A model generated the notes under the pieces. The model saw only the letters and a program-made list of their open reading frames with translations. It was not told the origin of the DNA and made no database searches. Shown piece after piece: positions 37,207-50,559 of a stretch of DNA of 58,361 nt; position 1 is the stretch's first letter; each line of letters starts with the position of its first letter. The translations under genes and the position numbers were made by a program. The stretch is from Macrostomum lignano (Eukaryota): NCBI GenBank assembly GCA_002269645.1, contig NIVC01004143.1:1-58361 (forward strand), given 5' to 3'.

Positions 37207-38151
37207 GTGTATTTTTGTATGTTTTAATGTCAAATTTAATAGTTTTTATAGTAATATAACTTTCCCATAGAGCTCTATGAGCATTTAGCTCCAAAATACT
37301 CGCTTTTAATATAGAGTTATATTAGCAAAAAATAAAACACTAACAAGGGTACAAGGCATATGCTATTCTCAATACCATTGTGACATTTTTTTTACTTTTT
37401 ATAGTGTATCTAGTAGACCCCTTAGTCTATTTATTATTATACCCTTTTAGTTTATCAGACCTCCATTGGCCTATCTATTAGACCCTTTTCCCACAATAAA
37501 GCTACAAATAATTTAATCTTAGAAGACCTTTAATTAAATATACAATTAAAGGTCATACAAATCAAAGGTATTATCATATAGTTGGCTATCTTCATAAAAT
37601 TCTACAAATATAAAAGAATGATACAATTTTGTTATAAAAGACCTTAATAAATTTACAATCTTTAAAATTATAATGATAATGCAAAAGTTGACTTAGGAAT
37701 AATACACTGTTGGCCATAAATATGTAATTACTAACCAACTTTGGGGCTGGTCTAGCTAGTATGAGCTATAAATTATGATAGACTATGGGTAACTATTGAA
37801 AGTAATGACTTTTTAACATTTTTAAGCAGTGTACAAAGGTTATTATGTTGTTTTTTAAAAGTTCCAAAACTTTGTTGCTTAGACCTAGTAGGTAATCTTA
37901 GTGTCATACTTTAAACATCATTCAAAAGCATTTATTGTGCTCATTTTATAGTGAACATGTAAAAAAAAATGATGCCAAAGTAAGTCTTAGTGATGCCACA
38001 ATAACTAACAAATAGGACCTTAATGTCCTAAAAAATAAGCAAATATTGGAAATATAAAATGTAAAATTAAAATGATGACAATTGCAGTTAATTCTTCAAT
38101 CTATCTTTCTCTCAATACCCAACCCTTGATTTTTTAAAATTTAATACCTAG

Positions 38152-41100
38152 AAGCCTGCGCAGAATTGAAACGCATCCGCGAGGAAGGTGTTCGCGACTC
38201 GGAACGCGTTGTTGACTTGTGGTGCGACTGCGTTTCCCGTTACACCAATCGGCTTGGCGATGAGAGTGAGTTCGAAGGCTTTAGCTCTTCAATTTGTATT
38301 GCATGATATTTTGCTGGCAGAAACTGCCAAATCTAGGTGAGAAACAGTCAACTCTAGATGAGAAACAGTCAACTCTAGGTGAGAAACAGTCAACTCTAGA
38401 TAAGAAACAGTCAACTCTAGGTGAGAAACAGCCACATCTAGGTGAGAAACAGTCAACTCTAGGTGAGAAACAGCCACATCTAGGTGAGAAACAGTCAACT
38501 CTAGATGAGAAACAGCCACATCTAGGTGAGAAACAGTCAACTCTAGGTGAGAAACAGTCAACTCTAGATGAGAAACAGTCAACTCTAGATGAAAAACAGT
38601 CAACTCTAGATGAGAAACAGTCAACTCTAGATGAGAAACAGTCAACTCTAGGTGAGAAACAGTCAACTCTAGGTGAGAAACAGCCACATCTAGGTGAGAA
38701 ACAGTCAACTCTAGGTGAGAAACAGCCACATCTAGGTGAGAAACAGTCAACTCTAGATGAGAAACAGTCAACTCTAGATGAAAAACAGTCAACTCTAGAT
38801 GAGAAACAGTCAACTCTAGGTGAGAAACAGTCAACTCTAGGTGAGAAACAGCCACATCTAGGTGAGAAACAGTCAACTCTAGGTGAGAAACAGCCACATC
38901 TAGGTGAGAAACAGTCAACTCTAGGTGAGAAACAGTCAACTCTAGATAAGAAACAGTCAACTCTAGGTGAGAAACAGCCACATCTAGGTGAGAAACAGTC
39001 AACTCTAGATGAGAAACAGTCAACTCTAGGTGAGAAACAGTCAACTCTAGGTGAGAAACAGTCAACTCTAGATAAGAAACAGTCAACTCTAGATGAGAAA
39101 CAGTCAACTCTAGGTGAGAAACAGTCAACTCTAGATAAGAAACAGTCAACTCTAGATGAGAAACAGTCAACTCTAGATGAGAAACAGTCAACTCTAGATG
39201 AGAAACAGTCAACTCTAGGTGAGAAACAGTCAACTCTAGATAAGAAACAGTCAACTCTAGGTGAGAAACAGCCACATCTAGGTGAGAAACAGTCAACTCT
39301 AGATGAGAAACAGTCAACTCTAGGTGAGAAACAGTCAACTCTAGATGAGAAACAGTCAACTCTAGATGAGAAACAGCCACATCTAGGTGAGAAACAGCCA
39401 CATCTAGATAAGAAACAGTCAAATCTAGATGAGAAACAGCCACATATAGATAAGAAACAGCCACATCTAGGTGAGAAACAGCCACATCTAGGTGAGAAAC
39501 AGTCAACTCTAGATGAGAAACAGTCAACTCTAGGTGAGAAACAGCCACATCTAGGTGAGAAACAGCCACATCTAGGTGAGAAACAGTCAACTCTAGATGA
39601 GAAACAGTCAACTCTAGGTGAGAAACAGTCAACTCTAGATGAGAAACAGTCAACTCTAGATGAGAAACAGTCAACTCTAGATGAGAAACAGCCACATCTA
39701 GGTGAGAAACAGCCACATCTAGATAAGAAACAGTCAAATCTAGATGAGAAACAGCCACATATAGATAAGAAACAGCCACATCTAGGTGAGAAACAGTCAA
39801 CTCTAGGTGAGAAACAGTCAACTCTAGATGAGAAACAGTCAACTCTAGATGAGAAACAGCCACATCTAGGTGAGAAACAGTCAACTCTAGGTGAGAAACA
39901 GTCAACTCTAGATGAGAAACAGTCAACTCTAGGTGAGAAACAGCCACATCTAGGTGAGAAACAGCCACATCTAGGTGAGAAACAGTCAACTCTAGATGAG
40001 AAACAGTCAACTCTAGATGAGAAACAGTCAACTCTAGATGAGAAACAGTCAACTCTAGATGAGAAACAGTCAACTCTAGGTGAGAAACAGCCACATCTAG
40101 GTGAGACAGTCAACTCTAAATGAGAAACAGTCAACTCTAGATGAGAAACAGTCAACTCTAGGTGAGAAACAGCCACATCTAGGTGAGAAACAGCCACATC
40201 TAGGTGAGAAACAGTCAACTCTAGATGAGAAACAGTCAACTCTAGGTGAGAAACAGTCAACTCTAGATGAGAAACAGTCAACTCTAGATGAGAAACAGTC
40301 AACTCTAGGTGAGAAACAGCCACATCTAGGTGAGAAACAGTCAACTCTAGATGAGAAACAGTCAACTCTAGGTGAGAAACAGTCAACTCTAGATGAGAAA
40401 CAGTCAACTCTAGATGAGAAACAGTCAACTCTAGATGAGAAACAGCCACATCTAGGTGAGAAACAGCCACATCTAGATAAGAAACAGTCAAATCTAGATG
40501 AGAAACAGCCACATATAGATAAGAAACAGCCACATCTAGGTAAGAAACAGTCAACTCACCCCCAAATCGCAGAGTGGGCTCTATACGAGCAGGTGTTCAT
40601 CTCAGCCCTCGACTGCGGCCGTTTAGAAGCCGCTGACGCCTGTCTAGTCCAGCTCTCACGCCAGTTCCCCAATAGCCAACGGATCCGACGTTACGAAGCC
40701 ATGCGGCTAGAAGCCGAAGACAATCTAGATGCCGCCACCGAGATCTATAAGAAAATGTCCGAGACTGACAAATTAGATTCGCTGTCTCGCAAACGATTAG
40801 TTGCCGTGCTTAAAGCTAGGGGTCGATCTGTTGAAGCTATTAAAGAGCTTACCAGCTATTTGAAGGTGAAATTCTACCTTTAATTTGGTCACTATTTACT
40901 CATTTTTAGTTCGCTTCTGCCAACTACCAGTCTATCTATCATCCGAATCTACTAATCTATCTACCAACTGAATCTGCTACTACATCTTTTCTAAATCTAC
41001 CAGTATATCTACCAGGAGAATCTATCAATCTATCTACCAATCTATCTACTAGTAAAATTTACCAATCTATCTACCATCTGAATCTACTAATCCAAATCTA

Positions 41101-41952
41101 CCAATTTATCTACTATCAGAATCTACCAATTTATCTACCATAATCATCCACCAATCTATCTACCATCAGAATCCACCAATCTATCTACCATCAGAATCCA
41201 CCAATCTATCTACCATCAGAATCTAACCAATCCAAATCTACCAATCTATCTACCATTAGAACCTACCCATCCATATTTTCTCTGAATCTACCATTAGAAC
41301 CTACCCATCCATCTTCTATCTAAATCTACCATTAGAACCTACCCATCCATCTTCTATCTAAATCTACCAATCTATCTACCTCTATCTATCCACTACAGGA
41401 CTTCTGCACGGATTTCGAAGCCTGGCTGGAGCTATCCGAGCTCTACCTGAACGAATGCGACTACAAAAAGGCCGCGTTCTGCATGGAAGAGCTGATCCTG
41501 AGCAATCCTCACCACCATCTGTACCATCAGCGCTACGCCGAAATCAAATACACTGAAGGCACTACAGAATCGATGGAGTTAGCTAAAAGCTATTTCGCCC
41601 AAGCTGTTCGACTGAATCCAAACAACATGCGAGCCCTGTTTGGGTTGCTGTTGGCCGCCGGTAATTGCGCCAGTTCCACCAATAAATCTTCCACTTCTGC
41701 CTCGCGCAGAGAGAGTGCCAGACTGGCACAATGGCGGCTGCTCAGGTTGCCGAGCGGTATCGAGCTGCTGGATCGAAAGCTGCTAAATTTACTACTTCTA
41801 ACAGTAGTAATAGTAGTGACGCTGCTAGCAGTGATGTAGCTACGCTGGCTTTGCAATTGAGCCTCTGCTGCTCTCCAACAGCCGCTGCTGGCGATGCTAG
41901 TTCGCCTAGTCAAGGCCAACAGCAGCCTGCGTCCAATCCGCCAATGTTGTGA
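38152..41952 (+). CDS. EMC2: ER membrane protein complex subunit 2 (TPR protein TTC35); first short exon not identified
   Basis: Exons 38152-38265, 40573-40865 and 41399-41952 join in phase. The translation LKRIREEGVRDSE...LGDEKWALYEQV...RRQ/SRQFPNS...EAWLELSELY...KAAFCMEEL...LYHQRYAE...NMRALFGL matches EMC2 as I recall it. There is an apparent 1-bp deletion at ~41733. Confidence 0.92.
38329..40557. repeat. 21-bp minisatellite (CTAG[G/A]TGAGAAACAGTCAACT / ...CAGCCACAT), about 105 copies, filling an EMC2 intron
   Basis: Direct reading. It lies within intron 38266-40572 and accounts for the LGEKQST and VSHLELT ORFs. Confidence 0.97.
40920..41392. repeat. Degenerate TCTACCAATCTATC-type repeat filling the next EMC2 intron
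   Basis: Direct reading. Confidence 0.85.
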
Positions 41953-42091
41953 TTGCCCTGTTCTTCATTTTGACTGGATGCGCTCTGGCTAAAACTTTTT
42001 CACTTTATTAATTTGTATTATTTCGAAGCTTTTAAAATGTTAGCTAATTATTGTAGCGTCAGCCTAAATATGAGTTTCAGTTCTCTTTTTT

Positions 42092-45000
42092 AGATCCCAG
42101 TCCCAGAGTCCCAGATTTGTGTACCTCCAGATCCCAATCCTAGAATCCCAGATTGTGTGTTTTCCTTCCAGATCCCAATCCCAGAGTCCCAAATTGTGTA
42201 CTTCCTTCCAGATCCCAATCCCAGAGTCCCAAATTGTGTACTTCCTTTCAGATCCCAATCCCAAGTCCCAGATGGTGTACTTCCTTCCAGATCCCAATCC
42301 CAGAGTCCCAGATGGTGTACTTCCTTCCAGATCCCAATCCCAAGTCCCAGATGGTGTACTTCCTTCCAGATCCCAATCCCAGAGTCCCAAATTGTGTACT
42401 TCCTTCCAGATCCCAATCCCAAGTCCCAGATGGTGTACTTCCTTCCAGATCCCAATCCCAGAGTCCCAGATGGTGTACTTCCTTCCAGATCCCAATCCCA
42501 AGTCCCAGATGGTGTACTTCCTTCCAGATCCCAATCCCAAGTCCCAAATTGTGTACTTCCTTCCAGATCCCAATCCCAGAGTCCCAGATGGTGTACTTCC
42601 TTCCAGATCCCAATCCCAAGTCCCAGATGGTGTACTTCCTTCCAGATCCCAATCCCAAGTCCCAGATGGTGTACTTCCTTCCAGATCCCAATCCCAAGTC
42701 CCAGATGGTGTACTTCCTTCTAGATCCCAATCCCAAGTCTCAGATGGTGTACTTCCTTCCAGATCCCAATCCCAGAGTCCCAGATTGTGTGTTTCCTTCC
42801 AGATCCCAATCCCAGAGTCCCAGATTGTGTGTTTCCTTCCAGATCCCAATCCCAGAGTCCCAAATTGAGTACTTCCTTCCAGATCCCAATCCCAGAGTCC
42901 CAAATTGTGTACTTCCTTCCAGATCCCAATCCCAGAGTCCCAAATTGTGTACTTCCTTTCAGATCCCAATCCTTGAATCCCAGATTTGTGTTTTCCTTCC
43001 AGATCCCAATCCCAGAGTCCCAGATTGTGTACTTCCTTCCAGATCCCAATCCCAAGTCCCAGATGGTGTACTTCCTTCCAGATCCCAATCCCAGAGTCCC
43101 AAATTATGTACTTCCTTCCAGATCCCAATCCCAGAGTCCCAAATTGTGTACTTCCTTCCAGATCCCAATCCCAGAGTCCCAAATTGTGTACTTCCTTCCA
43201 GATCCCAATCCCAGAGTCCCAAATTGTGTACTTCCTTCCAGATCCCAATCCCAGAGTCCCAGATGGTGTACTTCCTTCCAGATCCCAATCCCAAGTCCCA
43301 GATGGTGTACTTCCTTCCAGATCCCAATCCCAGAGTCCCAGATTGTGTACTTCCTTCCAGATCCCAATCCCAGAGTCCCAGATTGTGTACTTCCTTCCAG
43401 ATCCCAATCCCAGAGTCCCAGATTGTGTACTTCCTTCCAGATCCCAATCCCAGAGTCCCAAATTGTGTACTTCCTTCCAGATCCCAATCCCAGAGTCCCA
43501 AATTGTGTACTTTCTTCCAGATCCCAATCCCAGAGTCCCAAATTGTGTACTTCCTTCCAGATCCCAATCCCAGAGTCCCAAATTGTGTACTTCCTTCCGG
43601 ATCCCAATCCCAGAGTCCCAAATTGTGTACTTCCTTCCAGATCCCAATCCCAGAGTCCCAGATGGTGTACTTCCTTCCAGATCCCAATCCCAAGTCCCAG
43701 ATGGTGTACTTCCTTCCAGATCCCAATCCCAAGTCCCAGATGGTGTACTTCCTTCCAGATCCCAATCCCAAGTCCCAGATGGTGTACTTCCTTCCAGATC
43801 CCAATCCCAGAGTCCCAAATTGTGTACTTCCTTCCAGATCCCAATCCCAGAGTCCCAGATGGTGTACTTCCTTCCAGATCCCAATCCCAAGTCCCAGATG
43901 GTGTACTTCCTTCCAGATCCCAATCCCAGAGTCCCAGATTGTGTACTTCCTTCCAGATCCCAATCCCAGAGTCCCAGATTGTGTACTTCCTTCCAGATCC
44001 CAATCCCAGAGTCCCAGATTGTGTACTTCCTTCCAGATCCCAATCCCAGAGTCCCAAATTGTGTACTTCCTTCCAGATCCCAATCCCAGAGTCCCAGATT
44101 GTGTACTTCCTTCCAGATCCCAATCCCAGAGTCCCAAATTGTGTACTTCCTTCCAGATCCCAATCCCAAGTCCCAAATTGTGTACTTCCTTCCAGATCCC
44201 AATCCCAAGTCCCAGATTGTTTACTTCCTTCCAGATCCCAATCCCAGAGTCCCAAATTGTGTAATTCCTTCCAGATCCCAATTCTAGAGTCCCAAATTGT
44301 GTAATTCCTTCCAGATCCCAATTCTAGAGTCCCAAATTGTGTAATTCCTTCCAGATCCCAATTCTAGAGTCCCAAATTGTGTACTTCCTTCCAGATCCCA
44401 ATTCTAGAGTCCCAAATTGTGTACTTCCTTCCAGATCCCAATCCCAGAGTCCCAGATTGTGTACTTCCTTCCAGATCCCAATCCCAGAGTCCCAGATTGT
44501 GTACTTCCTTCCAGATCCCAATCCCAGAGTCCCAGATTGTGTACTTCCTTCCAGATCCCAATCCCAGAGTCCTAAATTGTGTAATTCCTTCCAGATCCCA
44601 ATTCTAGAGTCCCAAATTGTGTACTTCCTTCCAGATCCCAATCCCAGAGTCCCAAATTGTGTACTTCCTTCCAGATCCCAATCCCAAGTCCCAAATTGTG
44701 TACTTCCTTCCAGATCCCAATCCCAAGTCCCAGATTGTTTACTTCCTTCCAGATCCCAATCCCAGAGTCCCAAATTGTGTAATTCCTTCCAGATCCCAAT
44801 TCTAGAGTCCCAAATTGTGTAATTCCTTCCAGATCCCAATTCTAGAGTCCCAAATTGTGTACTTCCTTCCAGATCCCAATTCTAGAGTCCCAAATTGTGT
44901 ACTTCCTTCCAGATCCCAATCCCAGAGTCCCAGATTGTGTACTTCCTTCCAGATCCCAATCCCAGAGTCCCAGATTGTGTACTTCCTTCCAGATCCCAAT

Positions 45001-45160
45001 CCCAGAGTCCCAGATTGTGTACTTCCTTCCAGATCCCAATCCCAGAGTCCCAAATTGTGTAATTCCTTCCAGATCCCAATTCTAGAGTCCCAAATTGTGT
45101 ACTTCCTTCCAGATCCCAATCCCAGAGTCCCAGATTGTGTACTTCCTTCCAGATCCTAAT
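42092..45160. repeat. 40/38-bp minisatellite (CCCAGAGTCCCAAATTGTGTACTTCCTTCCAGATCCCAAT), ~3 kb, just downstream of the EMC2 stop
   Basis: Direct reading. It accounts for the many overlapping GLWDWDLEG and SQSQSP ORFs. Confidence 0.97.
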
Positions 45161-45959
45161 GCTAGAGTTTAAGCGTTGTGTTTGCGGATCGTTAGGGTTC
45201 CCAAAAATTAATTCCTATGCGTGCACTTCATTGTCTGTTTCTTAAATGGAAATCCAAATGCATAATGAAGGTTATTTGGAGTCTGTCATTTAAAATATTT
45301 TGTCAATTTTTTTCTACTGCTGCACCACGCTCATGCTTCGGAAGTTATTAAATGTAATTTGTGCGGTAAAGAGCAAACTTTTGAATTGATATATATGGTA
45401 CTGCTTATGTACTGTTTTGGTTTTGTTTTGTTTCAATGTTGTTTCTATTCAGGTGAAAAATATATAAATGAATACATCTGGTTCTCTCCCACAAATTTGA
45501 TGTCGTCGTCTGTCGTTTGGTGCTTTTGTTATTTGAGAACTCGGCTCAAGTCGACCGAGTCTTTTAGAGACAGAACTAGCTGCAAGTAAGAAAATGAGTT
45601 TTTGTTCTGAGATCTTGCCTAAGCTACCTCGTATATTGACAATAGCTATTTTCAAGTCTGCATAGACTGGCTTCGTAAAAAGAACGTAACTAAGAGTCAC
45701 TCAAACTTATAGCATTGAGTAGCTCTTGTCGTCCGTAGTGTTTGAACTTGTCTGACTTTGCTGCCCTAGCTTGCAGTAGCTCAAAAAGTTTGCAATATGC
45801 AAACGAGCTACGAGCCATGATGCTGTGCCTTTTGCCTGTTTCCTTGCTTTGTGTAGACTTACGCTATGGAACATTGTGCCTTAAAATGAAACTGTATATA
45901 ACGTCTTTATTGTGCGGCACCAAAATGAAAAACTGTTTACAGTGACGTCTTTTTGTGTG

Positions 45960-47505
45960 CCACTACAAGCGCCTTGATTTTTTGGCGCTAAACTGATTAC
46001 AAGCGCCTTGATTTTTTGGCGCTAAACTGAGCACAAGCGCTTTTCTATGCTTGGCGCCAAACTGAACACGAGCGCCTTTCTATGCTTAGCGCCAAACTGA
46101 ACACGAGCGCCTTTCTATGCTTAGCGCCAAACTGAACACGAGCGCCTTTCTATGCTTGGCGCCAAACTGAACACTAGCGCCTTTCTATGCTTAGCGCCAA
46201 ACTGAACACTAGCGCCTTTCTATGCTTAGCGCCAAACTGAACACGAGCGCCTTTCTATGCTTGGCGCCAAACTGAACACGAGCTGAGCACAAGAGCCTTG
46301 ATTCTATTTGGCGCCAAACTGAGCACAAGAGCCTTGATTTTATTTGGCGCCAAACTGAGCACAAGAGCCTTGATTCTATTTGGCGTCAAACTGAGCAAAA
46401 GAGCCTTGATTTTATTTGGCGCCCAACTGAGCACAAGAGCTTTGATTTTATTTGGCGCCAAACTGGGCGGAAGCGCCTTGATTTTATTTGGCAATAAACT
46501 GGGCACCAAAGTTTTGTTTTCCTTGGCGCCAAACTGAGCACAAGAGCCTTGATTTTATTTGGCGCCAAACTGGGCGCAAGCGCCTTGATTTTATTTGGCA
46601 CCAAACTGAGCACAAGAGCCTTGATTTTATTTGGCGCCAAACTGAGCACAAGAGCCTTGATTCTATTTGGCGTCAAACTGAGCAAAAGAGCCTTGATTTT
46701 ATTTGGCGCCCAACTGAGCACAAGAGCTTTGATTTTATTTGGCGCCAAACTGGGCGGAAGCGCCTTGATTTTATTTGGCAATAAACTGGGCACCAAAGTT
46801 TTGTTTTCCTTGGCGCCAAACTGAGCACAAGAGCCTTGATTTTATTTGGCGCCAAACTGGGCGCAAGCGCCTTGATTCTATTTGGCGTCAAACTGAGCAA
46901 AAGAGCCTTGATTTTATTTGGCGCCCAACTGAGCACAAGAGCTTTGATTTTATTTGGCGCCAAACTGGGCGGAAGCGCCTTGATTTTATTTGGCGCCCAA
47001 CTGAGCACAAGAGCTTTGATTTTATTTGGCGCCAAACTGGGCGGAAGCGCCTTGATTTTATTTGGCAATAAACTGGGCACCAAAGTTTTGTTTTCCTTGG
47101 CGCCAAACTGAGCACAAGAGCCTTGATTTTATTTGGCGCCAAACTGGGCGCAAGCGCCTTGATTCTATTTGGCGTCAAAGTGAGCAAAAGAGCCTTGATT
47201 TTATTTGGCGCCCAACTGAGCACAAGAGCTTTGATTTTATTTGGCGCCAAACTGGGCGGAAGCGCCTTGATTTTATTTGGCAATAAACTGGGCACCAAAG
47301 TTTTGTTTTCCTTGGCGCCAAACTGAGCACAAGAGCCTTGATTTTATTTGGCGCCAAACTGGGCGCAAGCGCCTTGATTTTATTTGGCACCAAACTGAGC
47401 GCAAGCGCCTTGATTTTATTTGGCACTAAAGTTTTGTTTTCCTTGGCGCCAAACTGAGCACAAGCATCTTGTTTTTATTTGGTGCTAAACTTAGCTATCT
47501 GGCGC
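45960..47505. repeat. 35/36-bp satellite built on the palindrome TTGGCGCCAA, with ~287-bp higher-order repeats
   Basis: A 35-bp subarray at ~46020-46280 is followed by 36-bp units. Marker variants recur at 287-bp spacing (near-identical ORFs start at 46386/46673 and 46488/46775). Confidence 0.93.
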
Positions 47506-48809
47506 CAAATAAAACACTTGATATTTTTAAGTGGCGCAGAATTCCACGACTTGTACCGTCTCGCTCGCTATTAAAGGCGCTTTGTATCTCATATTTTTAT
47601 ATATGTTCATTTAAATTATCGAACAGTATGCATTGCTGCTTGGCTAGGCGCTGATCAAACCCTTTCTGGATCTTCTAGTAACAACGTGCACCGACAAACC
47701 AGCTAATCAGGGCTTAGGCTATTGGCTGGTTTATTATGCATGTTAGAAGGGAATGGAAATTAAGTAAAAAAAACATGCATTGCTTCAAATTGCGTGGCCC
47801 GCTTCTAAGCCGGGAGGCTCGCGCCTGCAGTATTGTATGCTTGGTTGCCTGACTGGCAGAGGGGTCTAGCGATGCTGAAAGACAACATCTCTGTTATACA
47901 GGCTAGAGTGTACTTTTTTAACCCAGTGTCCCTCCGTATCTCCTGCCCTAATGCTGTTATCACTGTGTGCCATCTGCATCGCGGGCATTCCACTCGGCTT
48001 CACTTTCTCTTCTTTTCTTTTGCTTTCCAGCGCTTTCGCCTCCGCCCAGCGGGGGAATCGGTTCTTCTTGTTTAGATCGATAAAACAATGCTCGTTGCTT
48101 ATCTCTAGTGCAGGTGCCGCTGTCTTGAGACTGGAAATTCAACCAACCCTCCACCCCATGAGCCCAGCCCCTAAGGCCGCGCTTTTCATCGAGTCTGTGA
48201 AGTGATGACAGTTCTCTTGAGAGATAATGAAAGGGGAATACTCGGAGCTGTGGGCTTAGTTCAGACATCTGCATGAGGGATGTTTCGTAGATTTTACAGG
48301 TCACAGGCTACAAGCAAGATAATTTCACAAGGCTTCGAGCTACAATTGTAGATTTCATCCAAAAAAGCTGGCAAGTTTACAAGCTTGTAGCTATTCTTTG
48401 TAATCGTCTATGGTTAAAAAACATCCACGTCGTCTGATAACTGCTGGCTCAAAGATGACTCTTTAACTTGCCAGCCACTAAACTAAAAAATTAATGTCCA
48501 GCAACCTATACGAGCTAAAATGGCTGCGAATGTCTGTGCGATCAATTCTTATTCCGTACTTTTATTTCAAAGTGTTACTCGTACTTCAGTGTTTCAAGCT
48601 CTATGGCGATGGAAATTTAAGTAACCTCTGCGAAAATATTGATGGGTTGTATCACCGCTTGTAGCTATCCATAATCCGTTCCTTGAAGGAAGCCCCCAAA
48701 TTGAAAACGGAAACTCAATACAAGATTTACGATCGAACTGAAAGCCAGGCTGAACTTAAACTTAGATCTTTTCTGTATGAATGAAACCAAACTATGTATT
48801 ATTAGAGGA

Positions 48810-48975
48810 TTAAGGATGAGGGTCGCCGATGCCTCCACTGCGAACCTGCCGACTACTGGCGGGGACTGGGCGCACCCCCAAGGTTAATCCTTGTGCTCTT
48901 TTACCTTGGAGTTGCGATAGGGGCTTCGCGGCCTATTCGCGGCGCCTGCGCCCCCGTCAGTAGTAAGTAAGTAAG
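48810..48975 (+). mobile_element. Possible 3' end of a non-LTR retroelement with a (TAAG)n tail
   Basis: A GC-rich stretch ends in CAGTAGTAAGTAAGTAAG. No diagnostic coding motif. Confidence 0.3.
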
Positions 48976-50559
48976 GCCTACACTTAAGTGATGCAGATAC
49001 GGGGGATAGGTGACCAGCCCCCAAGGCACAGAGTGTACATGCCTGACGATTAGAAAGTCTAGGTCGCTGTACGAGCCGCTGTACGAGGTCTATGAGTGCG
49101 TGCCTGCGTACAGTATTGGCGCGCTTCAGGAGTCGGCGGAATATGCGAATTTGCCGTCAGCGCTGGTTGTAGTACGACGTCGTCGAAGGCTGCCTACAGC
49201 CCTCTTGCAGTTTTTATTATATGCTCGTATTTATAAAGGCTACAGTCGAACTGCAGCTAACGAGAAGGCAATTTGTTATGCGCGCATTAGGCAAGTATGT
49301 GGACGTGAAATTGAACCCAACAATATTGACGCGAGAGCCAGCTTCTTTAAGTATAGCGTTGGAGTTAAAGTACGCAAAATCTGATGGAGAGTCGACTCAC
49401 AAGCAATGACAATATTCACTCTGCATGCCGATATTTTATACGAGTACGTTTGGTTGCTTCTTCGAGTACGAGCATAAGATGATTAATTAATTTCCGGCAA
49501 GCCATCTGCAAGCCGAGTACGAAAGAAAGTGCTCTGCTTGTGTCCGTGCATGGGCGTCGGATGTGGGTTAATGATGAAATATTATTTCTTTTTTTCGCTA
49601 TCACAGATGGTTTTTTCCAGCTTCCAATCGTTCCCGTTTGTGTTTGTGTAGCACCAAGCAGCTGTGGTTAATGGTAAACTAGAACCTTATAGCATAGGGA
49701 GTGAACGACCCCGTTCAGCAGTCCATCTCCCGCAATATCCTTGCCTGTCAACCGGCAAAGAAGCCACGGGCGGTCCGTAGTATCTAAAAAACATCGCGTG
49801 GCTTGCATGCATTATCTATGCCGACACTACACGCAGACTGTGTGTAGCGCCTATCTAGCAGTAACTTTTGCTACACAGGCATACGCTTTTATAGAGACAT
49901 AGGGGAAAGGGGGGCAGTGCTACGCCCAGTGACACGCCGCGAGGGTGTATGGTTGACTGCCGATAGGAGGTACATGAATTTATAACGACAAGCCGAATGC
50001 GGCTGGGACCGCGGGGGAGAGAAAGAAATGCGAATATATTGAATCGGGTTGAAGCGACGAAAAAGTGCTTTTCCATTCCCGGAGCATTTTTTCCGCAAAG
50101 TTATATAGGTTGGCCTATAGGGCTTTCCTACGTTGGAAAGTATCCAACGCCTCTTCTAAAAGCGTTACACAGTCGTTCCAACAAAGCTGTCTTCTATAGG
50201 CTGGGTTTTTTCACCCCCACCCGTTCCGAGTCCCGAATTCTTGATCCGTCAGCTATATAGGCGATCGTCACGAGGGAGGTCGCCATCGCTAAAAAACCAT
50301 CGGGGAGGGGGGGAAAGAGTTTGGGTTGGGATAGATGGGAACGCTTAGAATTTGATCCCCTGAGACTTGAGCAGCGTCTCAGCCTGCAGATGAAGCCGCC
50401 CTGCCCAGTTCTCTCCAAAAGCATTCGGTTCCAATATCTTTCTAGGTTGAATTTCTGCCTCCCAAGCCGCACGCCTGCGCCCAATCCTTCAAGCTATCGC
50501 TGATTAAATTAGGCCCGTTGGTTTCACCGAGCGCCGGCCATGGACGAATTTCTAAAACG

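Noticed and set aside
38281-40883. 600-760 aa repeat ORFs and an apparent repeat-EMC2 fusion ORF (40101-40883)
   Set aside because: The 21-bp unit is a multiple of three. The array lies between good splice sites, and the flanking exons join in phase to give normal EMC2.
42064-45159. Overlapping ORFs up to 714 aa and a CRISPR-like period
   Set aside because: Tandem 38/40-bp minisatellite with no unique spacers and no cas genes, in a eukaryotic context.
47750-48310. Possible very old RNase H/LINE remnant on the minus strand
   Set aside because: Only a weak FTDS...GAG resemblance with many stops, so not supportable.
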